Below are positions 1 through 8,611 of a DNA stretch of 52,200 nt, in pieces. The stretch's first letter is position 1. Each line of letters opens with the position of its first letter. The DNA is from an uncultured Streptococcus sp. Lineage in GTDB: Bacteria; Bacillota; Bacilli; Lactobacillales; Aerococcaceae. The stretch spans positions 1 through 52,200 of the forward strand of contig CAUVJW010000001.1 of the NCBI GenBank assembly GCA_963552295.1. Reading direction: 5' to 3'. A program made the translations under genes and the position numbers. The notes under the pieces are model-generated. The model did not search any database. It had not been told where the DNA came from and worked only from the letters and a program-made list of their open reading frames with translations.

Positions 1-40
1 CTAGTGATAATGACACCATTATCCCGTTATAAAGCAATGG

Positions 41-72
41 AAAGTTCGCTACAGTCGTGGCGAACTTTTTTT
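41..72 (+). terminator. Rho-independent terminator of the gene upstream of the window
   Basis: AAAGTTCGCTAC-agtc-GTGGCGAACTTTTTTT hairpin with T tract, just after a TAA at 30-32. Confidence 0.75.
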
Positions 73-233
73 CGTTCCCGCGACTGTTCCCGTTCCGAGG
101 AGGAGAGCATTTTGCCCGTTGCCTTGCGGTACGCCAAATGTACTAAAATCACACAGCGCATTTATTATTCCATATAGTTTCGTGCATTAATAAGAATGAG
201 AGCACTACTGTGTTAGAATTTCTCTTTGAAGTT

Positions 234-422
234 GACGATGAGAAGAATCGAGCGGATTTTATAATAGCAGTAATGGGGGATGGCATTCAAAGTGAATTAC
301 GTACGCTTGAAAATTTATTTTCTAGAGTACGTTTGAATCTTGAAAGAGCTTGAGACTATGGCTCAAGCCGGTGCCCCATTACAGCTATTATAAAAAAATC
401 CGCAAGGATTCGAATCATCGTC
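234..422 (+). repeat. Structured intergenic element, copy A (core; degenerate palindrome extends ~105-611)
   Basis: GACGATGA(234-241)/TCATCGTC(415-422) closes a long rod; GTGAATTA 292-299, TTTGAA 332-337, GAGAC-tat-GGCTC 352-364; about 90% identical to copy E over ~160 nt by manual alignment. Confidence 0.9.
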
Positions 423-547
423 TTAGGCTAACGCTCAAGAAGCACCATAAGAAATCCTTTGCTCAGTCGATGCACTACTTATTTTATAAAAAACTCACGA
501 AAAAGCGCTGAAATATGGTATTATAGTGAAATAAGGAGGAATGCACT

Positions 548-1123
548 GTGCGAATTATTTCAGGAGAATTTGGCGGAAGACGCTTAAAGGCAGTACCGGG
601 CCAAAATACTCGTCCGACGACTGACAAGATAAAAGAATCGCTCTTCAATATTCTTGGCGGTTATTTTGACGGAGGAGTCATGCTCGACATGTACAGCGGA
701 AGCGGAGCCGTTGCCATCGAGGCCGTCTCTCGTGGGATGGAACGTGCGTTTCTATTCGAGAACAATCGCCTTGCACAAAAGACGATTGAGCAAAATATTG
801 AGATTACAAAATCACCCGAGCAATTTCATTTAAAACGACAAAACGTGAAACAAGGACTCAAAACCATTGCGAGTGATCCAGCGTTTGAACCGTTCGAGTT
901 GGTGTTTATGGATCCGCCATATCGCCTACAAGAAATTGTAAAGGACATTGAGCAGTTGCAAGAGTTGAATCTAGTTTCTCCAGATTGCGTGATTGTCTGC
1001 GAGGTGGATAAGGAAGTGCAACTTCCAGAGCGGATTTTAGACTTTGAGCAATATAAGCGTGTGGAGTACGGCATTACAGCCCTAGTGTTCTTTGACCGTG
1101 CGACTAGCGAAGAGGAGGCTTAA
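548..1123 (+). CDS. rsmD: 16S rRNA m2G966 methyltransferase RsmD
   Basis: MRIISGEFGGRRL...RPTTDKIKESLFN, SAM motif DMYSGSGA, DPPY; GTG start with AAGGAGG RBS. Confidence 0.95.
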   Translation: MRIISGEFGGRRLKAVPGQNTRPTTDKIKESLFNILGGYFDGGVMLDMYSGSGAVAIEAVSRGMERAFLFENNRLAQKTIEQNIEITKSPEQFHLKRQNVKQGLKTIASDPAFEPFELVFMDPPYRLQEIVKDIEQLQELNLVSPDCVIVCEVDKEVQLPERILDFEQYKRVEYGITALVFFDRATSEEEA

Positions 1124-1124
1124 T

Positions 1125-1658
1125 ATGAGAAAAGCGGTAGTAGCAGGAAGCTTCGACCCGATTACAAATGGGCATTTAGATATTATCGAGCGAAGCAGTG
1201 AGCTCTTCGATGAAGTGATTGTGGTTTTATCGCATAATGTTCAGAAAAATTATTTATTTTCTTTAGATGAGCGGAAATCACTGGTTGAAGAGGTAATTGC
1301 GCATGTACCTAATTCCAGAGTGGTAGCCGTAAGCGGAGGCTTAACTGTAGAAGCAGCGGCACAATTAGGAGCTAGCGTTCTTGTCCGTGGCGTTCGAAAC
1401 GCAACCGACTTTGAATATGAAGCGACTCTTGCATCTCATAACCGTGTTCAAAATGGTGATGTTGAGACAGTATTATTACTCAGCAAAGAAGAGTACCGAT
1501 TTGTAAGTTCGTCAATGATGAAGGAATTAGCTCGATTTGGAGGGGACGTAACACCGTTTGTTCCAAGTGTAGTAGCCGATGCCTTACAAGAAAAATACAA
1601 AGATGCGCCTGAACGCACAATAAAAATGGATGAGGAGATAACAGATGTCAAAGGTTAA
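1125..1658 (+). CDS. coaD: Phosphopantetheine adenylyltransferase
   Basis: GSFDPITNGHLDII, RGVR..DFEYE, VSSS motifs; ATG 1125 after GAGGAGG preferred over 1092. Confidence 0.95.
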   Translation: MRKAVVAGSFDPITNGHLDIIERSSELFDEVIVVLSHNVQKNYLFSLDERKSLVEEVIAHVPNSRVVAVSGGLTVEAAAQLGASVLVRGVRNATDFEYEATLASHNRVQNGDVETVLLLSKEEYRFVSSSMMKELARFGGDVTPFVPSVVADALQEKYKDAPERTIKMDEEITDVKG

Positions 1659-2688
1659 GAAGATTATTATTGCAGCCTTAATTTTTGTTGTATTAGCGAT
1701 TGTTGCGATGATTCCAATCCCGTATGTGATTGAATCGCCAGGGACTGCAGAAGAAGTATCCCAATTTTTAACGATTAGTGGAGCAAAAGATGAGGATCCA
1801 GGATCACTGCGGGTGCTGACGGTGTATGTCGAGCAGGCGACCGTTTTAACGTACTTTAAGAAGTTCTTGAAGCATCACGAAATGGTTCCGTCTGAAGAGG
1901 TATTCGGGGATTATACGCCAGAAGAATTCGATGCCCTGCAAGATTTCAGTATGCGTAATGCGCGTTCAAAAGCGGTTCGAGTTGCTTTTGAAGCTGCTGG
2001 AAAAACGGTCGAACGACATGTAAATGGTATTTTCGTCACACGTGTGGATCCAAACTCTAATTTCCGTGACAAGTTAAAAGTTGGAGATATTATCGAAACG
2101 ATTGATGGAAAGAGCCCAGGCAATACCGATGAGAGCTTTGAAGATTTAAGAGACTATTTAGCAGGACTTGAACCAGGACATACGCTAGTCCTTCAAGTGA
2201 AACGTGATGATGCAACAATGACAATCAGCGCGAAGTTGAAAATGAATAGCCGTACTGGTGGTATCCGTCTTGGATTTGGCGGGGAAGTGGATGAAGATGT
2301 GACTTCTGACCCATCCGTTGAATTCGACGCACATGGCGTAAGTGGCCCTTCAGGTGGTTTGATGTTCACGCTTGAAATCTATAACCAAATTACGAATAGT
2401 CATTTGAAAAACGGACATAACATTGCCGGAACAGGAACGATTGAATTAGATGGAACGGTTGGACGTATCGGTGGAATTGATAAGAAATTAGTAGCTGCGG
2501 TTGAAGCAGGTGCGACAGTTTTCTTAGCACCTGATGATGAAATCACGGATGAAATGCGTGCACGTTATCCAGATATTAAATCAAACTACGAAGAAGTCAA
2601 AGAAGCGGCTGAAAAGCTAGGAACAGATATTAAAATTTATCCTGTGAAGACTTTGGATGAAGCTATTGAAATTCTAAAAAATCTATAG
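1645..2688 (+). CDS. ylbL: Membrane-anchored PDZ/Lon-like serine protease (YlbL/SepM family)
   Basis: N-terminal TM, PDZ region, SGPSGGLMFTLEI and IAGTGTI...GRIGGIDKK Lon-type motifs; conserved rsmD-coaD-ylbL synteny. Confidence 0.85.
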   Translation: MSKVKKIIIAALIFVVLAIVAMIPIPYVIESPGTAEEVSQFLTISGAKDEDPGSLRVLTVYVEQATVLTYFKKFLKHHEMVPSEEVFGDYTPEEFDALQDFSMRNARSKAVRVAFEAAGKTVERHVNGIFVTRVDPNSNFRDKLKVGDIIETIDGKSPGNTDESFEDLRDYLAGLEPGHTLVLQVKRDDATMTISAKLKMNSRTGGIRLGFGGEVDEDVTSDPSVEFDAHGVSGPSGGLMFTLEIYNQITNSHLKNGHNIAGTGTIELDGTVGRIGGIDKKLVAAVEAGATVFLAPDDEITDEMRARYPDIKSNYEEVKEAAEKLGTDIKIYPVKTLDEAIEILKNL

Positions 2689-2747
2689 CCAATGAGTCAT
2701 TTTTCTCATATCTTTAATTGGAGAAATCTTTTTAAGGAGTGAGAGGA

Positions 2748-3380
2748 ATGGCTTTTTTTGATGAGTGGAAAGAAAAATGGGAGTCGTGGAGTTTAGCGGT
2801 CAAAGGCGCGGTCATTGGTGGAGTGCTTCTTTTATTAGTTGGTATTGGGTCGTTTGTGTCTAAAAAAGAAGAAGCTGTGGAAGAAACCGAAGCGGTGGTA
2901 ACGACAGTCTTGGCGGAGAAAACGGAAGAAAGTACGACGCTAGAAGCGGTTATTTTCGTTGATATTAAAGGGGCCGTGAAAAAGCCGGGAGTCTATCAAA
3001 TGAAGGTTGGGGACCGTGTGAAAGACGCGATTGATGCCGCAGGAGGACTGACAGCGGAGGCAGATAGCCAGAAAGTGAACTTGGCGCAAAGAGTAGAAGA
3101 CCAGATGGTGATTGTTGTGCCAAAAGTGGGAGAAGAAGCTGAGGCAATTCCAGCGGGTGCAACGAGTAAAGAAGCATCCAAAGAAGGAAAAGTGAATATT
3201 AATACGGCAACGGTGGAAGAGCTGAAGACATTGAAGGGTGTCGGCGAGAAAAAGGCCGAGGCGATTATCGAATACCGAAAGAAGAATGGTTCGTTTAAGA
3301 CGAAGGAAGACTTGATGAAAGTCCGCGGCATTGGCAAGAAGCTCTTCGAGTCCTTTGAGGAAAGGATTGTGACGCAATGA
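2748..3380 (+). CDS. comEA: Competence DNA receptor ComEA
   Basis: TM, VDIKGAVKKPGVY SLBB domain, C-terminal HhH (KVNINTAT..EL..LKGVGEKKA..IIEYR). Confidence 0.92.
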   Translation: MAFFDEWKEKWESWSLAVKGAVIGGVLLLLVGIGSFVSKKEEAVEETEAVVTTVLAEKTEESTTLEAVIFVDIKGAVKKPGVYQMKVGDRVKDAIDAAGGLTAEADSQKVNLAQRVEDQMVIVVPKVGEEAEAIPAGATSKEASKEGKVNINTATVEELKTLKGVGEKKAEAIIEYRKKNGSFKTKEDLMKVRGIGKKLFESFEERIVTQ

Positions 3381-5704
3381 GTTACTGGATACTAGCAGTT
3401 CTTGTAGCGTCAGGCATCGTTGTCTTTGAAGGGACAGTCGCTTGGTGGATTGTCCCTTTATTCATCATTGTTGTGGCGTGGAAACGAGGGCACGAAGCTT
3501 GGAAAAGAGTAGTCGGTGTCATGCTATGTGTAGCGGTTGGGGTACGGCTGTTTTTGTATGTACGTGAAATGTCTCAACCTGCTTTTACTGTCGATGATGC
3601 GATACAGGGGCAACTCGTGTTAAATCCAAACCAGTTGAAGGTGAATGGGGATTTGGTAACGGGAACGGCCACGCTGGAAGCAGGAACGAAGCACGAGAAA
3701 GTCTTTTTTTATTACGTACTGGAGTCGGAATCTGAGCAACAAGCCTTCTTGCAGTTGCGAGAAGTAGTCAGAGTTACGGTGGACGGGACCATTGAAGAAA
3801 TTGAGCATGCACGCAATAAAGGGAATTTCGATGCGAAAAACTACTATTTGAGTCTTGGTGTGCTTCATGCCTTAAAAGTCGAGCGAATAAATTCTAGTAT
3901 GAAGTCCGTCCCAGATTTCTGGAGCTATGTGGAGCATCTGCGGTCTCAGTTGTTGCGAGTTGTAAGAACTCAAAAAGACAGCCGCATCAAACAATATACA
4001 GGAGCCTTACTCTTGGCGGACCGAACGGGTTTTAGCGAAGAAGAGTGGGAACAATATAAACAGCTTGGCCTCTTGCATCTCTTAGCGATTTCCGGATTAC
4101 ATATCTCCTTAATGGTCGCCTGCATTGAACGACTCTCGTGGCGAAGCGGTATTACTAGGGAGAAAACGAAGGGATTACTGGTGCTGTTTGTAGTGCTCTA
4201 CGGATTTGTGATTGGCTGGAATATTAGCGGCACCCGTGCGATTGGAATGGTGTTGTTAGCCGCCTTATCCAAACCGTTCATCAAAAGACGTGGAAGCATA
4301 CAGATGGATTGCTTACTCTGGATGGCGATTGTTTCCATCCTCCTTTGGCCAGGCATTCTTTTAAATGTGGCCTTTCAACTCAGTTATGGATTAACAGCCA
4401 TTATTATTTTTCTCTCGAAATGGCAACACGCGGTCTTGCCTCGCATTCGGGCTAATTTGTGGGTGCCGATTGGGATGAGTCTGATTGCATTGCCGCTTCT
4501 GTGTCAGTATTTCTTTTACTGGAATGCGCTGAGTATTCTTTTGACCGCGCTCTTTTCGATGCTATTTGAAATGCTGCTATTTCCATTGTTAACCGCCTAT
4601 TTATTCGCGGTACTTTTTGGTTTTGTTCCGCTAATAGAACTTCTGACAACGATTGGAGAATTCATTCTTTCTGGAGTTTCTCGTGTCCTTGCGTTCTGCC
4701 AGCAGTTGTCCTTTACGAAATTCATACTGGGGATTTGGGACAAATGGGAAGTGGTTCTCTTTCTTACAATCCTTATTGTCGTCGGGATTTTATTCGAGCA
4801 AAGAAAGATGACGATAAAAAAAGGAGTCCTATCTATACTCGCCATACTTGCGCTATTAATTGAAGTACCATATCACTGGGGAACAGAACTCGTGATGGTG
4901 GACGTTGGGCAAGGGGACTCCATCCTTTTACTAGCGCCAGGTTGGAATCAGGCGACACTTATCGATACAGGTGGCCTCTCGGATTTTAAACAGAAAGAGG
5001 CGTGGCGGCACAGGAAGAAAAAAGACCAAGGAATTACGACAGTTGTTCCCGCCTTGCAAGCAGAAGGCCTCTCGGAGCTCTCACAAGTCATGTTGTCTCA
5101 TGGGGACGAAGACCATGTTGGAAACTTAAAAACCATCGCCAAGCATCTCACTATCCGTCAACTCATTATCGGGAAAGGCATGGAGAAAATTCCACTGATG
5201 CAGGAGATGAAGAAGAGGCATCCAACGATACAATGGCGATTAGTACTGGCAGGAGACGAGTGGAAATGGAATGAGACGAAATGGAAGGTGCTATGGCCAA
5301 AAGGTTTGTCTCATGCGGAAAATGAAGACTCGATACTGGCGCTAGTGACAGTGATGAAGCAGACCATTCTTCTCACAGGAGACGCTTCAGAGAAGGTGGA
5401 AGAGGCTGTCGTTCAGGCGTATCCAAACTTGCGGTTCTCAATCCTTAAAGCGGGGCATCACGGGAGCAGGACATCGAGTGGCGAGGCGCTGCTCAAACTC
5501 GTTCAACCAAGGCTCGCGTTCATATCGTGTGGGAAGCACAATCACTATGGGCATCCCAGTCCAGAGACTTTGGCGAGCTTGAAAGCTACTGGCGCTATCA
5601 TTTTCCGGACGGATCAAGACGGGCAAATTCGGCTTCGTTTCACCCGCGAAAAATTAGAAATCACAACGACACTTACGAAACGGAAAAAAGAATTGAAACA
5701 ATAG
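3377..5704 (+). CDS. comEC: DNA uptake channel ComEC/Rec2
   Basis: HLLAISGLH competence domain, DVGQGDS, SHGDEDH and GHHGS metallo-beta-lactamase motifs. Confidence 0.93.
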   Translation: MSYWILAVLVASGIVVFEGTVAWWIVPLFIIVVAWKRGHEAWKRVVGVMLCVAVGVRLFLYVREMSQPAFTVDDAIQGQLVLNPNQLKVNGDLVTGTATLEAGTKHEKVFFYYVLESESEQQAFLQLREVVRVTVDGTIEEIEHARNKGNFDAKNYYLSLGVLHALKVERINSSMKSVPDFWSYVEHLRSQLLRVVRTQKDSRIKQYTGALLLADRTGFSEEEWEQYKQLGLLHLLAISGLHISLMVACIERLSWRSGITREKTKGLLVLFVVLYGFVIGWNISGTRAIGMVLLAALSKPFIKRRGSIQMDCLLWMAIVSILLWPGILLNVAFQLSYGLTAIIIFLSKWQHAVLPRIRANLWVPIGMSLIALPLLCQYFFYWNALSILLTALFSMLFEMLLFPLLTAYLFAVLFGFVPLIELLTTIGEFILSGVSRVLAFCQQLSFTKFILGIWDKWEVVLFLTILIVVGILFEQRKMTIKKGVLSILAILALLIEVPYHWGTELVMVDVGQGDSILLLAPGWNQATLIDTGGLSDFKQKEAWRHRKKKDQGITTVVPALQAEGLSELSQVMLSHGDEDHVGNLKTIAKHLTIRQLIIGKGMEKIPLMQEMKKRHPTIQWRLVLAGDEWKWNETKWKVLWPKGLSHAENEDSILALVTVMKQTILLTGDASEKVEEAVVQAYPNLRFSILKAGHHGSRTSSGEALLKLVQPRLAFISCGKHNHYGHPSPETLASLKATGAIIFRTDQDGQIRLRFTREKLEITTTLTKRKKELKQ

Positions 5705-5751
5705 ACAAAGACTCGTTTTCAAGATAAACTAAAACAACAGGAGGCGAAGAA

Positions 5752-6783
5752 ATGGAATTTGAGAAACAGCTCAATCGAATTAAAAAAGGGCAAGTCAGTC
5801 TGGTTTATCTCGTTCAAGGGAAAGAACCGTACTTACAAGAGCTTGCACGTAAAGTATTTTTGGGCACCATTGTCGCTCCTGAAGATCAAGATTTGAACGT
5901 GGGACGATTCAATATGGATGAAGTGTCCGTTCAAACCGCGGTTCAAGATGCCGAGTCTGTGCCATTTTTTGGAGACCGCAGATTGGTTATGATTGATAAT
6001 CCAACGTTTTTAACAGGGGAGAAGGAAAAGAAATCCATCGACCATCAGTTGGACCGCCTACAAGCGTATTTAGAAAATCCGATGGATAGTTCGGTGATGG
6101 TTTTCTTTGCGCCGTACGAAAAGTTGGACCAACGTAAGAAAATCGTGAAACAGTTGAAGAAGGTTGCCGTTCTTCTCGATGCAAGCGAACTCTCAGAACG
6201 CGATGTGAGACAATACATCAAGGACTATTTACGTTCGCAACAATATGGCATTCAAGAAGAGGCGTTAAACACTTTACTCCTCAAGACACAATACTCGCTT
6301 ACCACTTGTATGAAAGAGCTTGATAAATTAATGGTTGCCGAAATTGGAACGTATTCCATTCGACTTGAAACGGTCGAGGCGTTAGTGGCTAAAACCTTGG
6401 AACAAAGCATCTTTGATTTTGGAGAAGCCATCCTGAACAAAGACAGCAAGCGTGCCCTTCAAATTTATCATGATATGCTATTGCAAAAAGAAGACCCAAT
6501 CAAAATGAACGCGATTCTATTAGGCCAATTCCGCCTATTGCTTCAAGTATCGTATTTGAAAAAAGCCGGCTACCAAGAACCCGAAATTCAAAAGACACTC
6601 GCAGTGCACCCGTATCGCGTCAAACTCGCACTCAACCAATGTCGTCGCTACGGAACACCATTATTGGAAGCAGCCTTCCAGCAATTAGTCGAAACCGAGT
6701 ACGCATTGAAAACCAGCGTCGGCATCAAAGAAATGCAATTGGAATGGTTCATCCTCCAATTTTGCGGCCAAAGAACGTTATAA
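5752..6783 (+). CDS. holA: DNA polymerase III delta subunit
   Basis: YLVQGKEPY, SVPFFGDRRLV, HPYRVK; canonical position after comEC. Confidence 0.92.
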   Translation: MEFEKQLNRIKKGQVSLVYLVQGKEPYLQELARKVFLGTIVAPEDQDLNVGRFNMDEVSVQTAVQDAESVPFFGDRRLVMIDNPTFLTGEKEKKSIDHQLDRLQAYLENPMDSSVMVFFAPYEKLDQRKKIVKQLKKVAVLLDASELSERDVRQYIKDYLRSQQYGIQEEALNTLLLKTQYSLTTCMKELDKLMVAEIGTYSIRLETVEALVAKTLEQSIFDFGEAILNKDSKRALQIYHDMLLQKEDPIKMNAILLGQFRLLLQVSYLKKAGYQEPEIQKTLAVHPYRVKLALNQCRRYGTPLLEAAFQQLVETEYALKTSVGIKEMQLEWFILQFCGQRTL

Positions 6784-6925
6784 TTAGTCTGTTTGAAACG
6801 TCGATATCTTATTAAAGATTTCGGCGTTGAGTTGTTTGTAAATAATTATCTAATTTTAATTAAAATTTGAGTTGAATTAATAAAAATATGTGGTACAATG
6901 TATATACAATTAAGGAGGGGTTAAA

Positions 6926-7144
6926 ATGAGTACAATTTCATTACGTTTAAATAAAGAAGAAGAGCGCCTTTTTAAAAATTATGCAGACTTTACCGGAGAA
7001 GGGTTAACGACCCTATTAAAGAAAGCATTAACTGAAAAAATTGAAGAAGAATATGATTTACAAGCTGTAAAAGAGTACGAAAGTGCTAAAGCAAATGGAG
7101 AAGTTATATTAGTTGACCATGAGGAATTCTGGGGAGACTTATAA
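6926..7144 (+). CDS. Type II antitoxin (RHH, RelB/DUF6290-like)
   Basis: 72 aa, TISLRLNKEE ribbon-helix-helix start, acidic C-terminus, TAATG overlap with toxin. Confidence 0.75.
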   Translation: MSTISLRLNKEEERLFKNYADFTGEGLTTLLKKALTEKIEEEYDLQAVKEYESAKANGEVILVDHEEFWGDL

Positions 7145-7419
7145 TGAGGTACACACTTTTTTATGATGAACGTCTCAAAAAGAAAATTAAAAAATTAGAT
7201 AATGGAACAAAAGTAATCTTAAAAAAATGGCTTGAAAAAAATTTGATAGACTGTGAAGATCCAAGAAGTAAGGGGAAACCTCTGAGTGGAACTTTATCAA
7301 AATATTGGAGATATAGAGTTGGAAATTATAGATTAATTGTAGAAATCGAAGATGACCAATTAAAAATTATAGCCTTTGAATTTGCGCATAGAAGCAGTGT
7401 TTACAAATTTATTAAATAG
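7144..7419 (+). CDS. RelE/ParE-family type II toxin
   Basis: 91 aa basic protein with GKPLSG..WRYRVGNYRLI..AHRSSVY RelE signature. Confidence 0.85.
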   Translation: MRYTLFYDERLKKKIKKLDNGTKVILKKWLEKNLIDCEDPRSKGKPLSGTLSKYWRYRVGNYRLIVEIEDDQLKIIAFEFAHRSSVYKFIK

Positions 7420-7428
7420 GAGAAACCC

Positions 7429-7704
7429 ATGGAATTACTAATCGTTATCATCGCTGTTGTTTTAGTAGCGGTAATCGCCCTTGCGTTCCGCACAAAACTA
7501 AATACCAGCGGAGCGGTGGAACAAACACCATCAACACAAGAAAGTACACCAGTAGAAGAAGCGTACATCCCAGAAGAATTAGAAGAATACTTACGCGAAT
7601 TGAAACGCAATGGACAATCGATTAAAGCCATTCAAAAATTACGTAACGTAACAGGAATGAGCTTGTCAGAAGCCAAACAATTTGTCGACGATATTATCAT
7701 TTAA
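7429..7704 (+). CDS. Small membrane protein with ribosomal L7/L12 C-terminal-like motif
   Basis: N-terminal TM, IKAIQKLRNVTGMSLSEAKQFVD; TAGGAG RBS. Confidence 0.6.
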   Translation: MELLIVIIAVVLVAVIALAFRTKLNTSGAVEQTPSTQESTPVEEAYIPEELEEYLRELKRNGQSIKAIQKLRNVTGMSLSEAKQFVDDIII

Positions 7705-7710
7705 CAAAAC

Positions 7711-7759
7711 AAAGTGCCCGAGTAGGAGACTAAACACCTCCCTCGGGCACTCTTTTTTT
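7711..7759 (+). terminator. Rho-independent terminator
   Basis: AGTGCCCGAG...CTCGGGCACT followed by T tract. Confidence 0.75.
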
Positions 7760-7880
7760 ATTTCGGACCCTTTACATTATTCGGGGAATATTTTTGGCAC
7801 CTTTTCCTACCCCGGCCACCCTTTCTTTTCCCCCTCCGCCTTCGAATTGATTGGGCTTCTTTTTTTATCTTTAATAATTT

Positions 7881-8131
7881 ACGCCTTACGGATAGCGCGT
7901 TAGAGTAGAACACAAACGAAGAACTCACTGGATTTCATCGTAATCATAATCGTGTTTCAGCAAGCAATGTGAATTACTGAGGGTTAGGGGTTTATCTCTT
8001 ACCCTCAGTTTGAAGCTTGCTAGACTTGAGACTTCGGCTCAAGTCGGTGCAATGATTATGATAACGATGAAAAAATCCAGAGGAGTTCGAAGGGTGTGTT
8101 CTATTCTTTTCATTCATTACCCGTAAGGCGT
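7881..8131 (+). repeat. Structured intergenic element, copy B
   Basis: ACGCCTTACGG/CCGTAAGGCGT and AGAGTAGAACACA/TGTGTTCTATTCT arms; AGCAA-t-GTGAATTA(7969)-CTGAGGG..CCCTCAG-TTTGAA-gc-TTGCT; GAGAC-ttc-GGCTC. Confidence 0.88.
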
Positions 8132-8147
8132 TCTTATTTTTGAGCAT

Positions 8148-8178
8148 AAAAAAAGAGCCCGAGATCAATTCTCAGGCT
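8148..8178 (-). terminator. rpsT terminator
   Basis: Minus strand AGCCTGAGA-attga-TCTCGGGCT-CTTTTTTT. Confidence 0.8.
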
Positions 8179-8183
8179 AATTA

Positions 8184-8438
8184 TTATTTGCTTAATTTTG
8201 CAGCAAGACGTGATTTATCACGAGAAGCTTTGTTTTTGTGGATTAATCCTTTAGAAGCAGCTCCGTCGATTGCTTTGTGAGCAGCACGTAATAATTCTTC
8301 AGCATTTTCAGCACCTTCAGCTACAGCAGCGTCAAATTTTTTGATAGCTGTACGCATAGCAGAAGTTTGAGCGTTGTTAGCAAGTGTTGACTTTTTGTTA
8401 GTACGAACACGTTTGATTTGTGATGCGATATTTGGCAA
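8184..8438 (-). CDS. rpsT: 30S ribosomal protein S20
   Basis: (M)PNIASQIKR...SAMRTAIKK...[19 protein letters not shown] start after GAGGGGTG RBS. Confidence 0.95.
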   Translation of the reverse strand: MPNIASQIKRVRTNKKSTLANNAQTSAMRTAIKKFDAAVAEGAENAEELLRAAHKAIDGAASKGLIHKNKASRDKSRLAAKLSK

Positions 8439-8611
8439 TGGGTTCACCCCTCTTTCATTTAACATGTATAATTACTGATCAGTTGTTTCCAACACGAACT
8501 ATTATACAAAAGTCCTACTTGAATTGCAAGCAAGGTATTGTGAAAGAACAAGACAGACAAACGGTAAAACTCCCGTAATGATGGTATACTAGAAAAGAAA
8601 GAGGTGAAGTC

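Noticed and set aside
234..422. Element interpreted as a riboswitch or leader of the downstream gene
   Set aside because: Copies occur antisense to flanking genes (C) and between convergent genes (B, D), the downstream genes are unrelated, and gene promoters lie downstream of the element
7682..7903. Short ORFs overlapping the elements (7682-7903, 21588-21824, 28624-28851, 40224-40412)
   Set aside because: No RBS, they cross terminators or hairpins, and no reading frame is shared between copies
7881..8131. Element interpreted as a hammerhead or other known self-cleaving ribozyme
   Set aside because: No conserved CUGANGA/GAAA core across copies and no pistol, twister or HDV consensus that I could recognise; unknown catalytic activity is not excluded
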